From positions 13,640,001 through 13,704,000 of the forward strand of contig JANJGN010000038.1 of assembly GCA_026770705.1 (NCBI GenBank): 64,000 nucleotides of DNA, written 5' to 3'. Under the pieces are notes generated by a model that had not been told where the DNA came from, did not search any database, and saw only the letters and a program-made list of their open reading frames with translations. Of this stretch, positions 1 through 10,970 are shown piece after piece; position 1 is the stretch's first letter, and each line of letters begins with the position of its first letter. A program made the position numbers and the translations under genes. Source of the stretch: Isurus oxyrinchus (lineage: Eukaryota).

Positions 1-157
1 GAATGGCCTCTATCTGTGGTGTAACATTCGCTCTCATTCTGTGATATTATGAGGGGCTCCAGGGACAAAATGGTTCCATTCCTCCTCCTATTTGTTACGG
101 TCTAATTCAGCGCTGATACCACTCAAAGCAATGGTTAGGGTGCTTCTGTTTTCATCA

Positions 158-260
158 TGGGTGTGTCCGAGCGGCTCAAGACCCCGGAATTCGGTTGTAG
201 TGCTTTATGAAACGTGGGTTTTAGTGTTTTATGAAGCGTGTGTTCAAATCCCACTGCGAT
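158..260 (+). pseudogene. tRNA-Leu-like pseudogene with internal duplication
   Basis: GTGTCCGAGCGGCTCAAG (A box/D arm) and GCGTGTGTTCAAATCCCACTGC (T arm/B box) resemble tRNA-Leu. The variable-arm segment TAGTGCTTTATGAAACGTGGG is tandemly duplicated and the stems are broken. Confidence 0.55.
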
Positions 261-463
261 CGAAATTTTTCCTCTTTTTCGAAATTCCATTGGGATGCTC
301 TCGGGGCAGCTGAAGTCTGTGGTGCTTTATTTTAGTAGGAAGACCGAGGAGAGGCGATAAAAATTGCAGAGTGACCGGATGTAGGTGGGGCCAAGTGCCA
401 GCTTTTTCCACTGTAACCATTCTGCAATTTTAGTTCAACAACGCTCCCAAGTTTGCAGTGTGT

Positions 464-546
464 GTAGTCGTGGTCGAGTGGTTAAGGCAATGGATTTGAG
501 ATCTATTAGTGTAGCTCTACGCAGGTTCGAACTGTGCTGCTCATTG
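464..546 (+). pseudogene. tRNA-Ser(TGA)-like pseudogene
   Basis: GTAGTCGTGGTCGAGTGGTTAAGGCAATGGATT-TGA-GATCTAT...GCAGGTTCGAAC is collinear with vertebrate tRNA-Ser(TGA). The 3' T-stem and acceptor strands are mispaired. Confidence 0.8.
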
Positions 547-1542
547 CTTATCCTTTCTGCTGGTGAAATGCAATCAGACGCTTTGCAAATGCTGCAGCGT
601 TCCTTTTCCCACTTCACTCGCACGCTCTTTCATTTCTGTTCATCTGAGAGCATTCACCAAATCGCAAGAAATGGAAAAAAACTGAGCCAGGTTGTTGACA
701 TGGGTGTTTGTCTCTCTTTAGCCCTCTGTCGCTCTCGGTGTATATGTCTGTGTGTGTTCCTCTGTTTGTTTCAGTGTGGTTCAGTTAACCGAGGTACAGA
801 GAATAGCAGCAGGTTTAAGTGTTGCAAGATGTGATTGCCACTGCCTGTGTTTATTTTTGAGTGCAGACTGCTTGTTGACTCAGTGTCCGAATGTTACACA
901 GCGGAGGAAGATTGAAATTTTCACTGAACAACATTTAAACAGACAGTGGGTTGCCCTTGTGTCCTTTTCATGTAATCAGTATGTGTGAGAACCGGGAAGA
1001 GAAATGCTGTTTTATCTTTACCCTGTCATCGGCAACCCCATCCCTATCTGGAAGCTTTGGGACTTCCATTCCCTGTCCCCGTTTTCCAGGGAAAGCTTGA
1101 GTTCATGAAATGACAGTGTCTGCATCAAGCAGTGAATTGACCTGGGAGCTGGATGGGCAGAGGGAACTGGAGGAGAGACGGGGCAGAAGCAGAAAGAGAG
1201 GCAACATGACAGTGTTTGGAATTTGATGTGTGTCAGTTAGGTTCAGTGATGAATGTCTGCCGTGTGTTCCCGTGTCAGTTTCACAGGAGCCGCAGTGATG
1301 AGGTTGTTGCGTTTTGGAAATTGAAATTTACACATGAGCAGCTTATGGGACTATTTCACCTCACTGTCAATGACATGTCCCAGCAAACAAAAATGGTTGT
1401 TGTTTCTGGCTGAACAATTCTCACTGAACCAGCCCTTGTTTCATGTAAATGCGCCATTTTGTAGGACAGACTTGTCCCTTTTGAAGTGAGGAAATAGCAA
1501 AATTGGAGTGGACAAGCCAGTCTGCAAGGCTTGTGGACAGTG

Positions 1543-1589
1543 TCCCGTGGGTGGTCCAGTGGTTAGGATTTGTTGCTTTCAGAACCTCG
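1543..1589 (+). pseudogene. tRNA-Glu(TTC)-like 5' half
   Basis: TCCCGTGGGTGGTCCAGTGGTTAGGATTTGTTGCT-TTC-A matches the tRNA-Glu 5' half. The T arm is absent. Confidence 0.6.
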
Positions 1590-1729
1590 ATAGAGGAATG
1601 AATACTTATTGCTCTTGTGTGAAGTGCCAAAATGAATCTGCCAGAAATGTCGAGCGAGGATTATAGAATCTCATGAGAGGTGGAACTGCTAGATGGAAAC
1701 AAGCACAGAATCGGAAGGAGGAGATGAAG

Positions 1730-2560
1730 GAAAAAAAACACACGGGCCTTGAAAGGTTGGAAGGCGGGGAACTGAATACAGGGATAGTGTGACGTGAGAC
1801 TCTATGCACACAAATCTCTGAAGGTAGCAGGACAAGTTGATCTATCTGCTTTCTTTAAAAAGAGCTCATGTGGTCCTTTGTTTCATTAATGGAGGCTTGC
1901 AGTGCAAAAGGAAACTGATTATTCTGGAACTCCATAAACCATCTTTTGAACCTCAGCTGAAATATTGTGTTCACACTTTGGGAATGGTGTCAAGTCTTTG
2001 GAGAGGATATAGGCAGTACTCACATGAACAGATTCAGGGATAAGCCATTTCAATCATGGGGAGAGGCAGCAGAATCTGATATTATTCTCAAAGGATGGAG
2101 GAAACAGAAATGGAAATTTGTTCCAAACAGTGCGCTCCGGGGATTATGTTCCCCTTGAGCCTCCTCCAGTCTTCCTTCACTTAAATCTACAATTGTAACT
2201 AGCTATTCCCGACTCCCTCAAATGCTTGCTTAGTTTCCACTTAAATGTATCTGTACTATTCACTTGAAACACTCCCTGTGGCATCGAGTTCCACATTCCT
2301 ACCACTCTCTGGGTGTAGAAGATTTTGATCTGAATTTCCGATTGGGTTTCTTGCTGACTGTCTTATATTTCTGATCTAGAATCACATCCTGCCCCACATT
2401 CCAAAACAATATTTCTGCATTCACTTGTTGCAAAACTTCCATCACATTAAATATCTTTATTAGGTCTCCCTCGAACTTTTTTTTTTCAAGGAAAATGAGT
2501 GACGCACCCTTTCAATCCTTCCGTGATAGGTGTCCTTGTGGATTTCTGGTATCCCTGGAA
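1730..2560. mobile_element. Highly decayed CR1-type LINE 3' fragments (both orientations)
   Basis: Remnants of the CR1 ORF2 C-terminus (ELHKPSFEPQLKYCV, like LYKTLVRPQLEYCV) on +, and CR1 3'-end remnants on -. Confidence 0.55.
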
Positions 2561-2574
2561 AGTTTCTCAGGCCG

Positions 2575-2955
2575 CTGCCCAATGGTAAAGTGACAAACTT
2601 GCTCCATTGAGACCAACGCTCATAATCTGGCAACGCAGCTTCAAATCTCACCACAGCAACTGGTTGGAGATAAATTCACTTAGTTAATGCATTTTGAGTT
2701 GAAGTCCATTGGTTTGCTGTAAAAATACATCTTGTTCAGTTATATTAAATCTGTGCCAGTAATGCGGCTGTATTTTAATTGCCCTCGGAAATGTCTTCAC
2801 CAGCCACTCAGAGAGTTGGGCTAAATCGCTGCAGGTGGACTGCATCTGTTCAAAAAGTTTCCTCACCAACCAACTTCTCAAGGGTAATCAGGGATGGGCA
2901 AGAAGTGCCCGCCGAGCCAGAGATCCCCACATCCTATGATATATTTTTTAAAAAG
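2575..2955 (+). mobile_element. tRNA-derived SINE sharing its 3' tail with the LINE at 7610-10110
   Basis: B-box-like GCTTCAAATCTCACC head. The tail ...CAAGGGTAATCAGGGATGGGCAAGAAGTG...CCCACATCCTATGA matches the LINE 3' end at ~7610-7750 (reverse strand). Confidence 0.6.
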
Positions 2956-3853
2956 ACCCAAACCGATCACGCCATTTTTAACGTTTTATATTTCAACCTG
3001 AACTTCCTCCTCTTTCTCGCTAGCCCCTCTCACCCCACACCTCTAAATTGTGAAATGACAAGCTTCAGTTCCTGCTGCAGGCGGCTGAAGGCCTTTGGAG
3101 CATCTGAACGTGCCAGAACACTGATGGAAGCTCTTCAAACTTAAATCTGTCTCTTGCTCCACAAATGTTGCAGGAACCTGCTGAATATTCCAGGTATTTT
3201 TGTTTTCATTTCGGATCCAAGAACACTGGCTCCACTCCCACATTCCACTGAAGTTGTTTTTTTATGGCTGGGCTCAGGGAGAGATTTCATTTGGTGAATT
3301 TCACTTGTCCATTATCTGTCTGACAGAAGAAGCCTTAAATTGTATAAAGGGCAACATCACCCCCCAAACCCGGGCTCCCACACCCTACCAAGGTCGTATT
3401 TGAAAACACTCCAAAAGACGCATGAAGAGATTTTGAAAGGCGGAAATCTCTTGGCATTGCAGCTTTCAAAGCCTCCTCCCATCTGTAGGTTGCTCTTAGA
3501 TTTTTAGACTAGTTCTCCCAGAATGGAGGATGTGGAAGCCCCTCTACTCTTAGGCTGTAACCTGCCAGGGTGAGCTCTTCCTCCGCCCTCCCTTTCTGTA
3601 ATGACATGAAACTCGAGACTGATGGGTGGGATCTTCATACCCTAGACGCAAGGCGCACCAGAGAGTTTAAAGGGCCTGGAAGCTAGCAGCACCAAACAGG
3701 ACTGAGGTACACTTACTTCTCAACTTCACCGTTACAGTTAGTCACTAAATCCTGGCGGTGAAAATGGGGACCAGCTTCACTCTGTGCGCATCACTGAGGT
3801 GAAGGGATTGGGAAAAATACCAGATTAACATGTTTTGATGATGCAAATTCTTC

Positions 3854-4755
3854 TCACTGTTTAATAAATCTCACAATTACAGAAAAGGGATATTTCACCA
3901 CATTATTCAGCTCCTCTCTGAATTTAGTCTGGGTCACTGCATAAATAGCCGTGTTGGTGCAACAACTCAGGAGCTGAAACATAAATCCCAGTTCCTGTAC
4001 AAATTTAGGTAGATTTAAAGGGATAAAATGTAACAGATACAACCTGTTACAAATAGAACATATCAGAAAGATTGCCCACAACAGGATAAAATTCCCCGAT
4101 ATAGCAAACAGTAAAATGATGGATTTCCTACGTTTCTCCATCTCTGGGTCACTGGGATTCTCCCCACTGCAGTGAGCCCGGAGTCTCCTGCGGGCTCTGC
4201 TCGACACTAAAATATATCTGACAGTTAAAGCATTCAACACCAAAATCAAAACAAATGGGACAAAGGGGGTTAAAATATAATGAAAGAATTCGATTGCTGC
4301 CCACATCGATGAAAGATCAGCATCCTGCACTAATTTGCAAAGCCAAGGATTGTTGGAAATCCAATATTGACCTTCATACATAAAATACCAGAAAGTATTC
4401 TTCACACAGAACAGCAGACCCACTGTTCCGAGAACCCCTGCTGCCACCTGCTCGGTGCAATATTTTGTTTTCAACTTCTGGTAACAAATGGCCAGGAATC
4501 GATCAAAGGTGAAAGAGACTGTGAACCAGACAGAACAATCTGTGGCAGCATAAAGCAGGACAGCATGGATATTACACACTTTAATCCTCCACATGAACTG
4601 AAACTGAACCGAATAACGAATAGGAATCTGCCTAAATATGAGGTCAATGATAACGACCAGTAGATCCGCTGTTGCCATGGACACCAGGTAACGGGTAACA
4701 CATTTTGAGAGACCGCACCTTCCCCGAGAGAGAGTCACAATAGTCAGTAAGTTCA
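3854..4755 (-). CDS. GPR139-like class A GPCR, exon 2 (TM1 end to C-terminus)
   Basis: Open 300-codon frame with 7TM hallmarks: NLLTIVTLS (TM1), MATADLL (TM2), C..FTFDRF (TM3, DRY variant), PFVLILVLN (TM5), SCCTNTAIY (TM7). The acceptor tttctcttccttacAG precedes 4755 in phase 1. Confidence 0.93.
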
Positions 4756-5539
4756 CTGTAAGGAAGAGAAATACCGGAATTTACTGTTTAACTGAGAGCA
4801 ACAGGTGCAGGCTGACAGGGTAAAATTTATACAGCGTTACGCAGGGTCAGAATCTATTTACATTACCGGTGTCTGGACTTGCCACTGGAGGGAAGGTTTC
4901 GAGTTCAATACCATCCTGTTGTGGCAGGAAACCAAATCCAGCAACAGGTCCCAGCGCCATTTCCTGACATTATTCATTGATTTCGGAGTGAAAATCATTC
5001 ACCACATGAACATGCTGCAAATTGCATACATGGGCCTTGGAAATCCATATTCAGGATGGACTGTGATTTGGACCGAAGGCAAATGGTTCATTTTTCTGAC
5101 AAGTCATTGAGTGGAATATGAAGGTTGTGGAAACAAGCAAATACCGATTTGTATTCATTAATTTCCTTTCAGATAAAAATATCCCGCATTGCTTTCCTTA
5201 TAATGGTTGCTGTTGCCAGAAGCACAAAACCATTTGGACTTTACACAAGGGACAACCAGACTATCTATCAGGTCAAAAGAACAGGATAGGAAATGGTCCA
5301 CTGAATTGAAGTAAATAAAATGGAGACTCAATCGGCGCTGGAAACTAAGCGATGGAAAGGAACAGAGCACAGTGAGTGGCACCTCAGAAATCAGGCTGAG
5401 ACAGCAAGAGAGAATTTACCAATGGATGGGACGTGTGTTTTGGATCAAGAACTGAATAAGATAGCATTTGGGACTTGAATATGTTACATAAGAGTGCAAG
5501 AGCTAAGAGCATGAAGACGCCATGTATACCCTCTGGCCT

Positions 5540-5820
5540 ACTCTACTGTTCAATAAGACCATGGTCAATCTTGGACCTCTACTTTCCAACACTATCCCTC
5601 TTTTCCTTGACTGTGTTAGACCCTAAAAATCAATTGATCGCCATCTTGAACATATTTAGAACAACAGCCTTCTAGATTTGATAATTCTAAAGTTTCACCA
5701 CTGTCTGAGTGAAGAAGATTCTCCTCATCCCAATCCAAATTGGCCGACCCCTTATTCTCAGGTTGTGGACTCTAGTTCTGGGCTCCCCGTCTCGGGGAAA
5801 CATTCTCCCAGCATCTTCAC
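5540..5820 (-). mobile_element. CR1 LINE 3' fragment
   Basis: Minus-strand ORF 5687-5962 contains DAGRMFPRDGEPRTRVHNLRIRGRP...MRRIFFTQTVVKL, typical of the CR1 ORF2 C-terminus. Confidence 0.75.
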
Positions 5821-6717
5821 AGGACAATTGAATGTATGCAAAGTAATCCGTGAGGTAATTCATAAACATAATGGTCCCAATCTTCCAATCAGTGGTGATA
5901 CTGGGGTGATCAGCGCTGATTGTGAAGATAATTACATCCCTGCCTTTTTCCCATCTATACACCTGGTTCCTTTGTCCCAGCTATAGTAGTGATTCCTGGG
6001 TGCAGCCATTCAGTGAGAACAATGGTGAAGAGGAGCAGCAGAGATGCCACAGGTATTCAAAGGGCCCTTTAATAATTCCCTATGATTTAATGAGGCCTCC
6101 AACCCACCTTCTAAATTTAAGAAGGTGCACATCTAATTTGATTGATGGATTAATTGTTTCATCACATTATGTTCCTTAGGCAGGTAGATGGAAACTGTAC
6201 ACATTAATCCAGGGGTTTTATCACCAATCACCAGTATAATTCTATCAACAGTTCCTAACTTGAATAGAGGGAAGAATACCATATATTATCCTGTTCACTT
6301 GCTGAATTGCATGTTAGATTTCTCTGGTGTGTGTACCCAAGCATCCAAATTACGAAAATTTACGATATTTACCAGTTTCTCGCTTCTTGGAATGCTGGAA
6401 CAGGGTAGAATGAAATACGTCTGTGTTACCCTCTCAGGGAAACTGAAGATATGGGTATAACATTAACACAGGACAGTGGAATGTGTGTAAAGTAATCCGT
6501 GAGGTAATTCATAAACATAATGGTCCCAATCTTCCAATTAGTGGTGATACTGGGGTGATCAGCACTGATTGTGAAGATAATTACATCCCTGCCTTTTTCC
6601 CATCCTTACACCCGGTTCCGCTTGTCCCGGCTGTAGTGGTGATTCCTGGGTGCAGCCATTCAGTGAGAACAATGGTGAAGAGGAGCAGCAGAGATGCCAC
6701 AGGTCTTCAAAGGGCAT
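5818..6717 (+). repeat. ~250 bp local direct duplication (5818-6066 and 6467-6717)
   Basis: Both copies read CACAGGACA..AAAGTAATCCGTGAGGTAATTCATAAACATAATGGTCCC...GAGATGCCACAGGT.TTCAAAGGGC with few substitutions. Confidence 0.9.
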
Positions 6718-7609
6718 TTGCATTTTAATGCGGTTGAGGTGCCAAGGTGGGTGGGGGAGATGAGATGGATGTGAGGTGTGTAGATGGTGGGGTGGTGTAT
6801 AGTTGGGTTGGGGTTGGGTGGGATGACAATATGGGTTTCAGTCGGGTTGGGGAGTGAGTGGACAGACGATGGCTGATGAAGGGTGTGCAGGTGGGTCGAG
6901 AGGATTGCAGTCGGACAGCAGGTATTTTGGTGTGAGTAGATGGGGGCACAGTGGGTGGTTGGTTGTGGATTGAATGTGGGAGGTTTGTGTGGGGGATTGG
7001 GCGCCCATGGGCTGCGTTTGACTTTTATTCCCTGATGCATGTTCGAAATTAACAGAAGGTAAATACTGGGGTATGTGTCACACAACAGAACCAAGAATCC
7101 AAAACTGAGGTCAGTGTTGGAGTCATTGTCAGAGAGCCCGGGCAGCATAAATCCGCCCATCAAGAGTTTATACCTCTCGGTTAATTACCATGTCAGCGCC
7201 TGGATCAAGACTTCTGATTGGTTCCGATGCAAAACAACGGCAGACATTTCAATATTCATTACTGTTGGCATCGGGAGATCCGGGTAAATGATACAGTCAG
7301 TATCAATTTCACAGCAACTGGCTTCAGACAGCATCTTCAACAGAAAGAGAACTCATGCAAGAAGAAAATGGAAACCAGGTAAAAGAATGCTGGAACAGGT
7401 GGAATAACAAAGAAAATTGATTTTAAGAATCTTCTTAAAGGAAGAGAAGGTTGTGGCGAGGGCGACATGTTTAGGAGGAGATTCAGGGCATGAAAATCTA
7501 AAGCTTTCATTGTTGTCGCCATGTCAAAAGCTGCAGACATGTTGAGAGGAGGAAAGAGAGACAGTTTGACATTAGCACAGTCACACATGATTTTATGAAA
7601 ATTATTAAT

Positions 7610-10110
7610 CATTCATGGGATTTGGACTTCGCTAGCTGGGCCAGCATTTATTGTCCATGACTAGTTGCCCTTGAGGTGGTGGTGATGTGCTGCCTTCTTG
7701 AACTCCTGCAGTCCATGTGTTGTAAGTACACCCACAGTGCTGTTAGGAAGGGGGTTCCAGGATTTTGACCCAGCGACAGTGAAGGAACAGCCATATATTT
7801 CCAAATAAGAATGGTGAGTGACTTGGAGGGGGACTTCCGGATGTTGGTGTTACCATCTTTCATGTACGCTTGTCCCCCGAAATGGCAGTGGTCATGTGAT
7901 TGCAAGCTGCTGTCTCAGGCGAATTGGTGAATTCCGGTAATGAATCTTGTAGCTGGTACACAATGCTGCTACTATGCGTCATTGGTGGAGATGTAAATGT
8001 TTTTGGATGTGATGTAAATCAAGTGGATTGCTTTGTCCTGGATGGTGTCAAGGTTTTTGAATGTTCTGGGAGCTGCACTCATCCAGGCAAGATTCCACTC
8101 ATTCCATCACACCCGTGACTTGTGCCTTGCAGATGGTGGACAGGCTTTGAGGAGCCCGAAGATGGGTTTCTCGTTGCACTATTCCTAGCCTCTGATTGGC
8201 TCTTATAGCCACAGTATTTATATGGCTGGTCCAGTTCTATTTCCGGTCAATGGTAATCCCCAGGACATTGATAGTGGGTGATTCAGTAATGGTAAAGCCA
8301 TTGGATATCAAGGGGCGATGGTCAGATTCTCTCTTGACAGAGATGGCCATTGCCTGACACATGTGTGGTTCAAATCTAACTTGCCACTTGTCAGCCCAAG
8401 CCTGGGTATTTCCCAGGCGTTGCTGCATTTGGACATAGACTTCTTCAGTATCTGAGGAGTTGTGAATGGTGCTGAACAGTGTGCAACAATCAGCCAACAT
8501 CTCCTACTTCTGACCTTATGATTGAAGGAAGGTTATTGATGAAGCTGCTGAAGATGGTTCGACCTAGAGCAGTACCCTGAGGAACTCCTGCAGTGATGTC
8601 CTGGAGCTGAGATGACTGACCTCCAACAACCACAACCGTTTTCCATTGTCTTAGGTGTGACTCCAACCAGCGGTGAGTTTCCCCCCTGATTCCCATTGAC
8701 TCTTGTTTTGCAAGGGGCCCTTGGTTCCACACTCTTTCGAATGCTGCCTTGATGTCGAGGGCAGTCACTCTCACCTCACCTAGGGAGTTCAGCTCTTTTT
8801 GCACATGTATGACCCAAGGCCAGAATGTGGTCAGGAGCTGAGTGGCCCTAGCAGAACTCAACTTGGGCGCCAGTGCACTGTTATTGTTAAGCAAGCACCG
8901 CTTAATAACAGTGTTGATGACCCCTTCCTTTACTGACGACCTTGAGTATTTGAAGGGGAAGTAATTGGTCAGATTGGATTTGTCCTGCTTTTCGTGTACA
9001 GGACACACATGGGAAATTTTCCACATAGCCAGATTGGCGCCAGTGTTGTAGCTGTACTGGAGCAACTTTGTTAGGTGTACAGCAAGTTCTTGAGCACAAG
9101 TCTTCCGCACTATAGCTGGAATATTGTCAGCGCCCATAGCTTTTGCAGTATCCCATTACCTTCATCTGTTTCTTTATATCACGCGGAGTGAATCGATCTC
9201 GCTGAAGACTGGCATCTGTGATACTGGAGAACCTCGGTGGAGGCCGAGTTCGACCATCCAATCCTCACATCTGGCTGAAGAAACGAACAAATGCTTCAGC
9301 CTTATCTGTTGCACTGATGCACTGGGCTCCCCCATCGTAGAGGAGGAGATATTTGTGGTCCCTTCTTCTCCAGTGAGTTGTTTAATAGCCCGCCACCATG
9401 CACTACTGGATGTGGCAGGACTGTGAAGCATAGATCTGATTATGTTGTGGGATCGCTTAGCTCTGCCCATCACTTGCTGCTTATGCTGTTTGGCATGCAA
9501 CTAATCCTGTCGTATAGCTTCACCAGCTTGACACGTGATTTTTAAGTATCCCTGGTGTTGCTCCTGGCATGCCCTCCTGCACTCTTTATTGAACCAGGGT
9601 TGATCTGCTAGCTGGATGTTGATGGTAGAGTGGACGGTATGGCGGGCCATGAGGTTACTGATTATGTTTGAGTGCAATTCTGCTTTTTCTGTTGGTCCAC
9701 CATGCCTCACGGATGCCCAGTCTTTAGTTGCTTGATCTGTTTGAAACTTGTCCAATTTAGCACGTTGGTAGTGTAATCCAACAAGATGGAGGGTATCTTC
9801 AATGTGAGGCCAGGATTTCGTCTCAACAAAGCCTGTGCAGTGGTTACTCCTAATAATACTGTCATGGACAGATGCACCTACAACTGGAAGGTTGGTGAGG
9901 ATGAGGCCAAGTATGTTTTTCCTTCTTGCTGGTTCCCTCACCAACAGCTGCAGACCCAGTCTAGCAGCTATGCCCTTTAGTACTTGGCCAGATCTGTCAG
10001 CAGTCATGTTACCGAGGCACTCTTGGTGTTGAACATTTACGTTCCTCACCCAGAGTACATTGTTCACCATTGCCACCCTCAATGCTTCCTCCAATTGGTG
10101 TTCAACGTGG
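7610..10110 (-). mobile_element. APE-RT LINE (second family, not the CR1 family below), 5'-truncated and decayed
   Basis: Fragmented ORFs: endonuclease end (NILGLILTNL...SNHCT), GADNIPAIVRKTCAQELA, ALDIKAAFERVW, GVPQGTALG, and a degenerate xADD (LADC). 3' tail ...GCTGGCCCAGCTAGCGAAGTCCAAATCCCATGAATGA. Confidence 0.9.
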
Positions 10111-10204
10111 AGTATGTGAATTTGTTAAAGAAGGTGTATGAGTTGGAATAAGGAGGAAGAATGTTTAGAAAGATTGAAGCATAGTTTTCCTGGAAAGTAG
10201 AGGG

Positions 10205-10970
10205 AAAGCATCCTGCAGGCAGCATCACGGTGAAGCAGTCAGGGAAGAGCGTCCTGCAGTCAGCATCGTGGTGAAGCAGTCTGAGAGTAGCGCCCTGCAG
10301 TCAGCATCGCGGTGAAGCAGTCTGGGAGGAACGTCCTGCAGGCAGCATCACGGCGAAGCAGTCTGGGAAGAGCGTCCTGCATTCAGCATCACAGTGAAGC
10401 AGTCTGGGAAGAGCGTCCTGGAGTCAGCATCACAGTGAAGCAAAACAAAAACAGAATTACCTGGAAAAACTCAGCAGGTCTGGCAGCATCGGCGGAGAAG
10501 AAAAGACTTTACGTTTTGAGGTCTCATGACCCTCCAATGCCAAGGAACCGGCATCGAGTATTATGGAAATGAGTATGCCTCTAATTCCTGGATGAAAACC
10601 TGTTTCAACATTAAACAATCCCGACTCATTAATAGTTTACTACTGTGGTGCAATCTCTACCCAACGAGATCTACCTTAAACCAAGGCAGACAACAACATA
10701 TACTGTTGAAGGGTCATGAGGACTCGAAACGTCAACTCTTTTCTTCTCCGCCGATGCTGCCAGACCTGCTGAGTTTTTCCAGGTAATTCTGTTTTCGTTT
10801 TGGATTTCCAGCATCCGCAGTTTTTGTTTTTATCGCGGTGAAGCAGTCTGGGAAAGCGTCCTGCAGTCAGCATCGCGGTGAAGCAGTCTGGGAAAGCGTC
10901 CTGCTGTCAGCATCGCGGTGAAGCAGTCTGGGAAGTGCGTCCTGCTGTCAGCATCATGGTAAAGCAGTCA
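10205..10970 (+). repeat. ~39 bp minisatellite (GCAGTCAGCATCGCGGTGAAGCAGTCTGGGAAAGCGTCCT), probably the CR1 5' UTR monomers; interrupted at 10442-10831
   Basis: About 6 units lie before and about 3.5 units after the insertion, directly upstream of CR1 ORF1. Confidence 0.9.
10442..10831. mobile_element. Inverted pair of Penelope-like terminal repeats around a ~165 bp spacer
   Basis: 10442-10535 is the reverse complement, and 10703-10831 a direct copy, of the PLE terminal repeat at 54700-54840. Confidence 0.85.

Noticed and set aside
385-988. 149 aa and 78 aa ORFs
   Set aside because: They overlap a tRNA pseudogene and (TG/TC)-rich low-complexity sequence, and show no protein motifs.
3841-3848. 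Octamer ATGCAAAT after the GPCR stop
   Set aside because: Isolated 8-mer with no promoter context; one chance hit is expected in a window this size.
6660-7163. 167 aa Pro/His/Thr-rich ORF
   Set aside because: Translation of a G/T-rich low-complexity tract with no coding signature.
10205-10970. CRISPR-like array
   Set aside because: Contiguous tandem units without unique spacers, in a eukaryotic context, with no cas genes.
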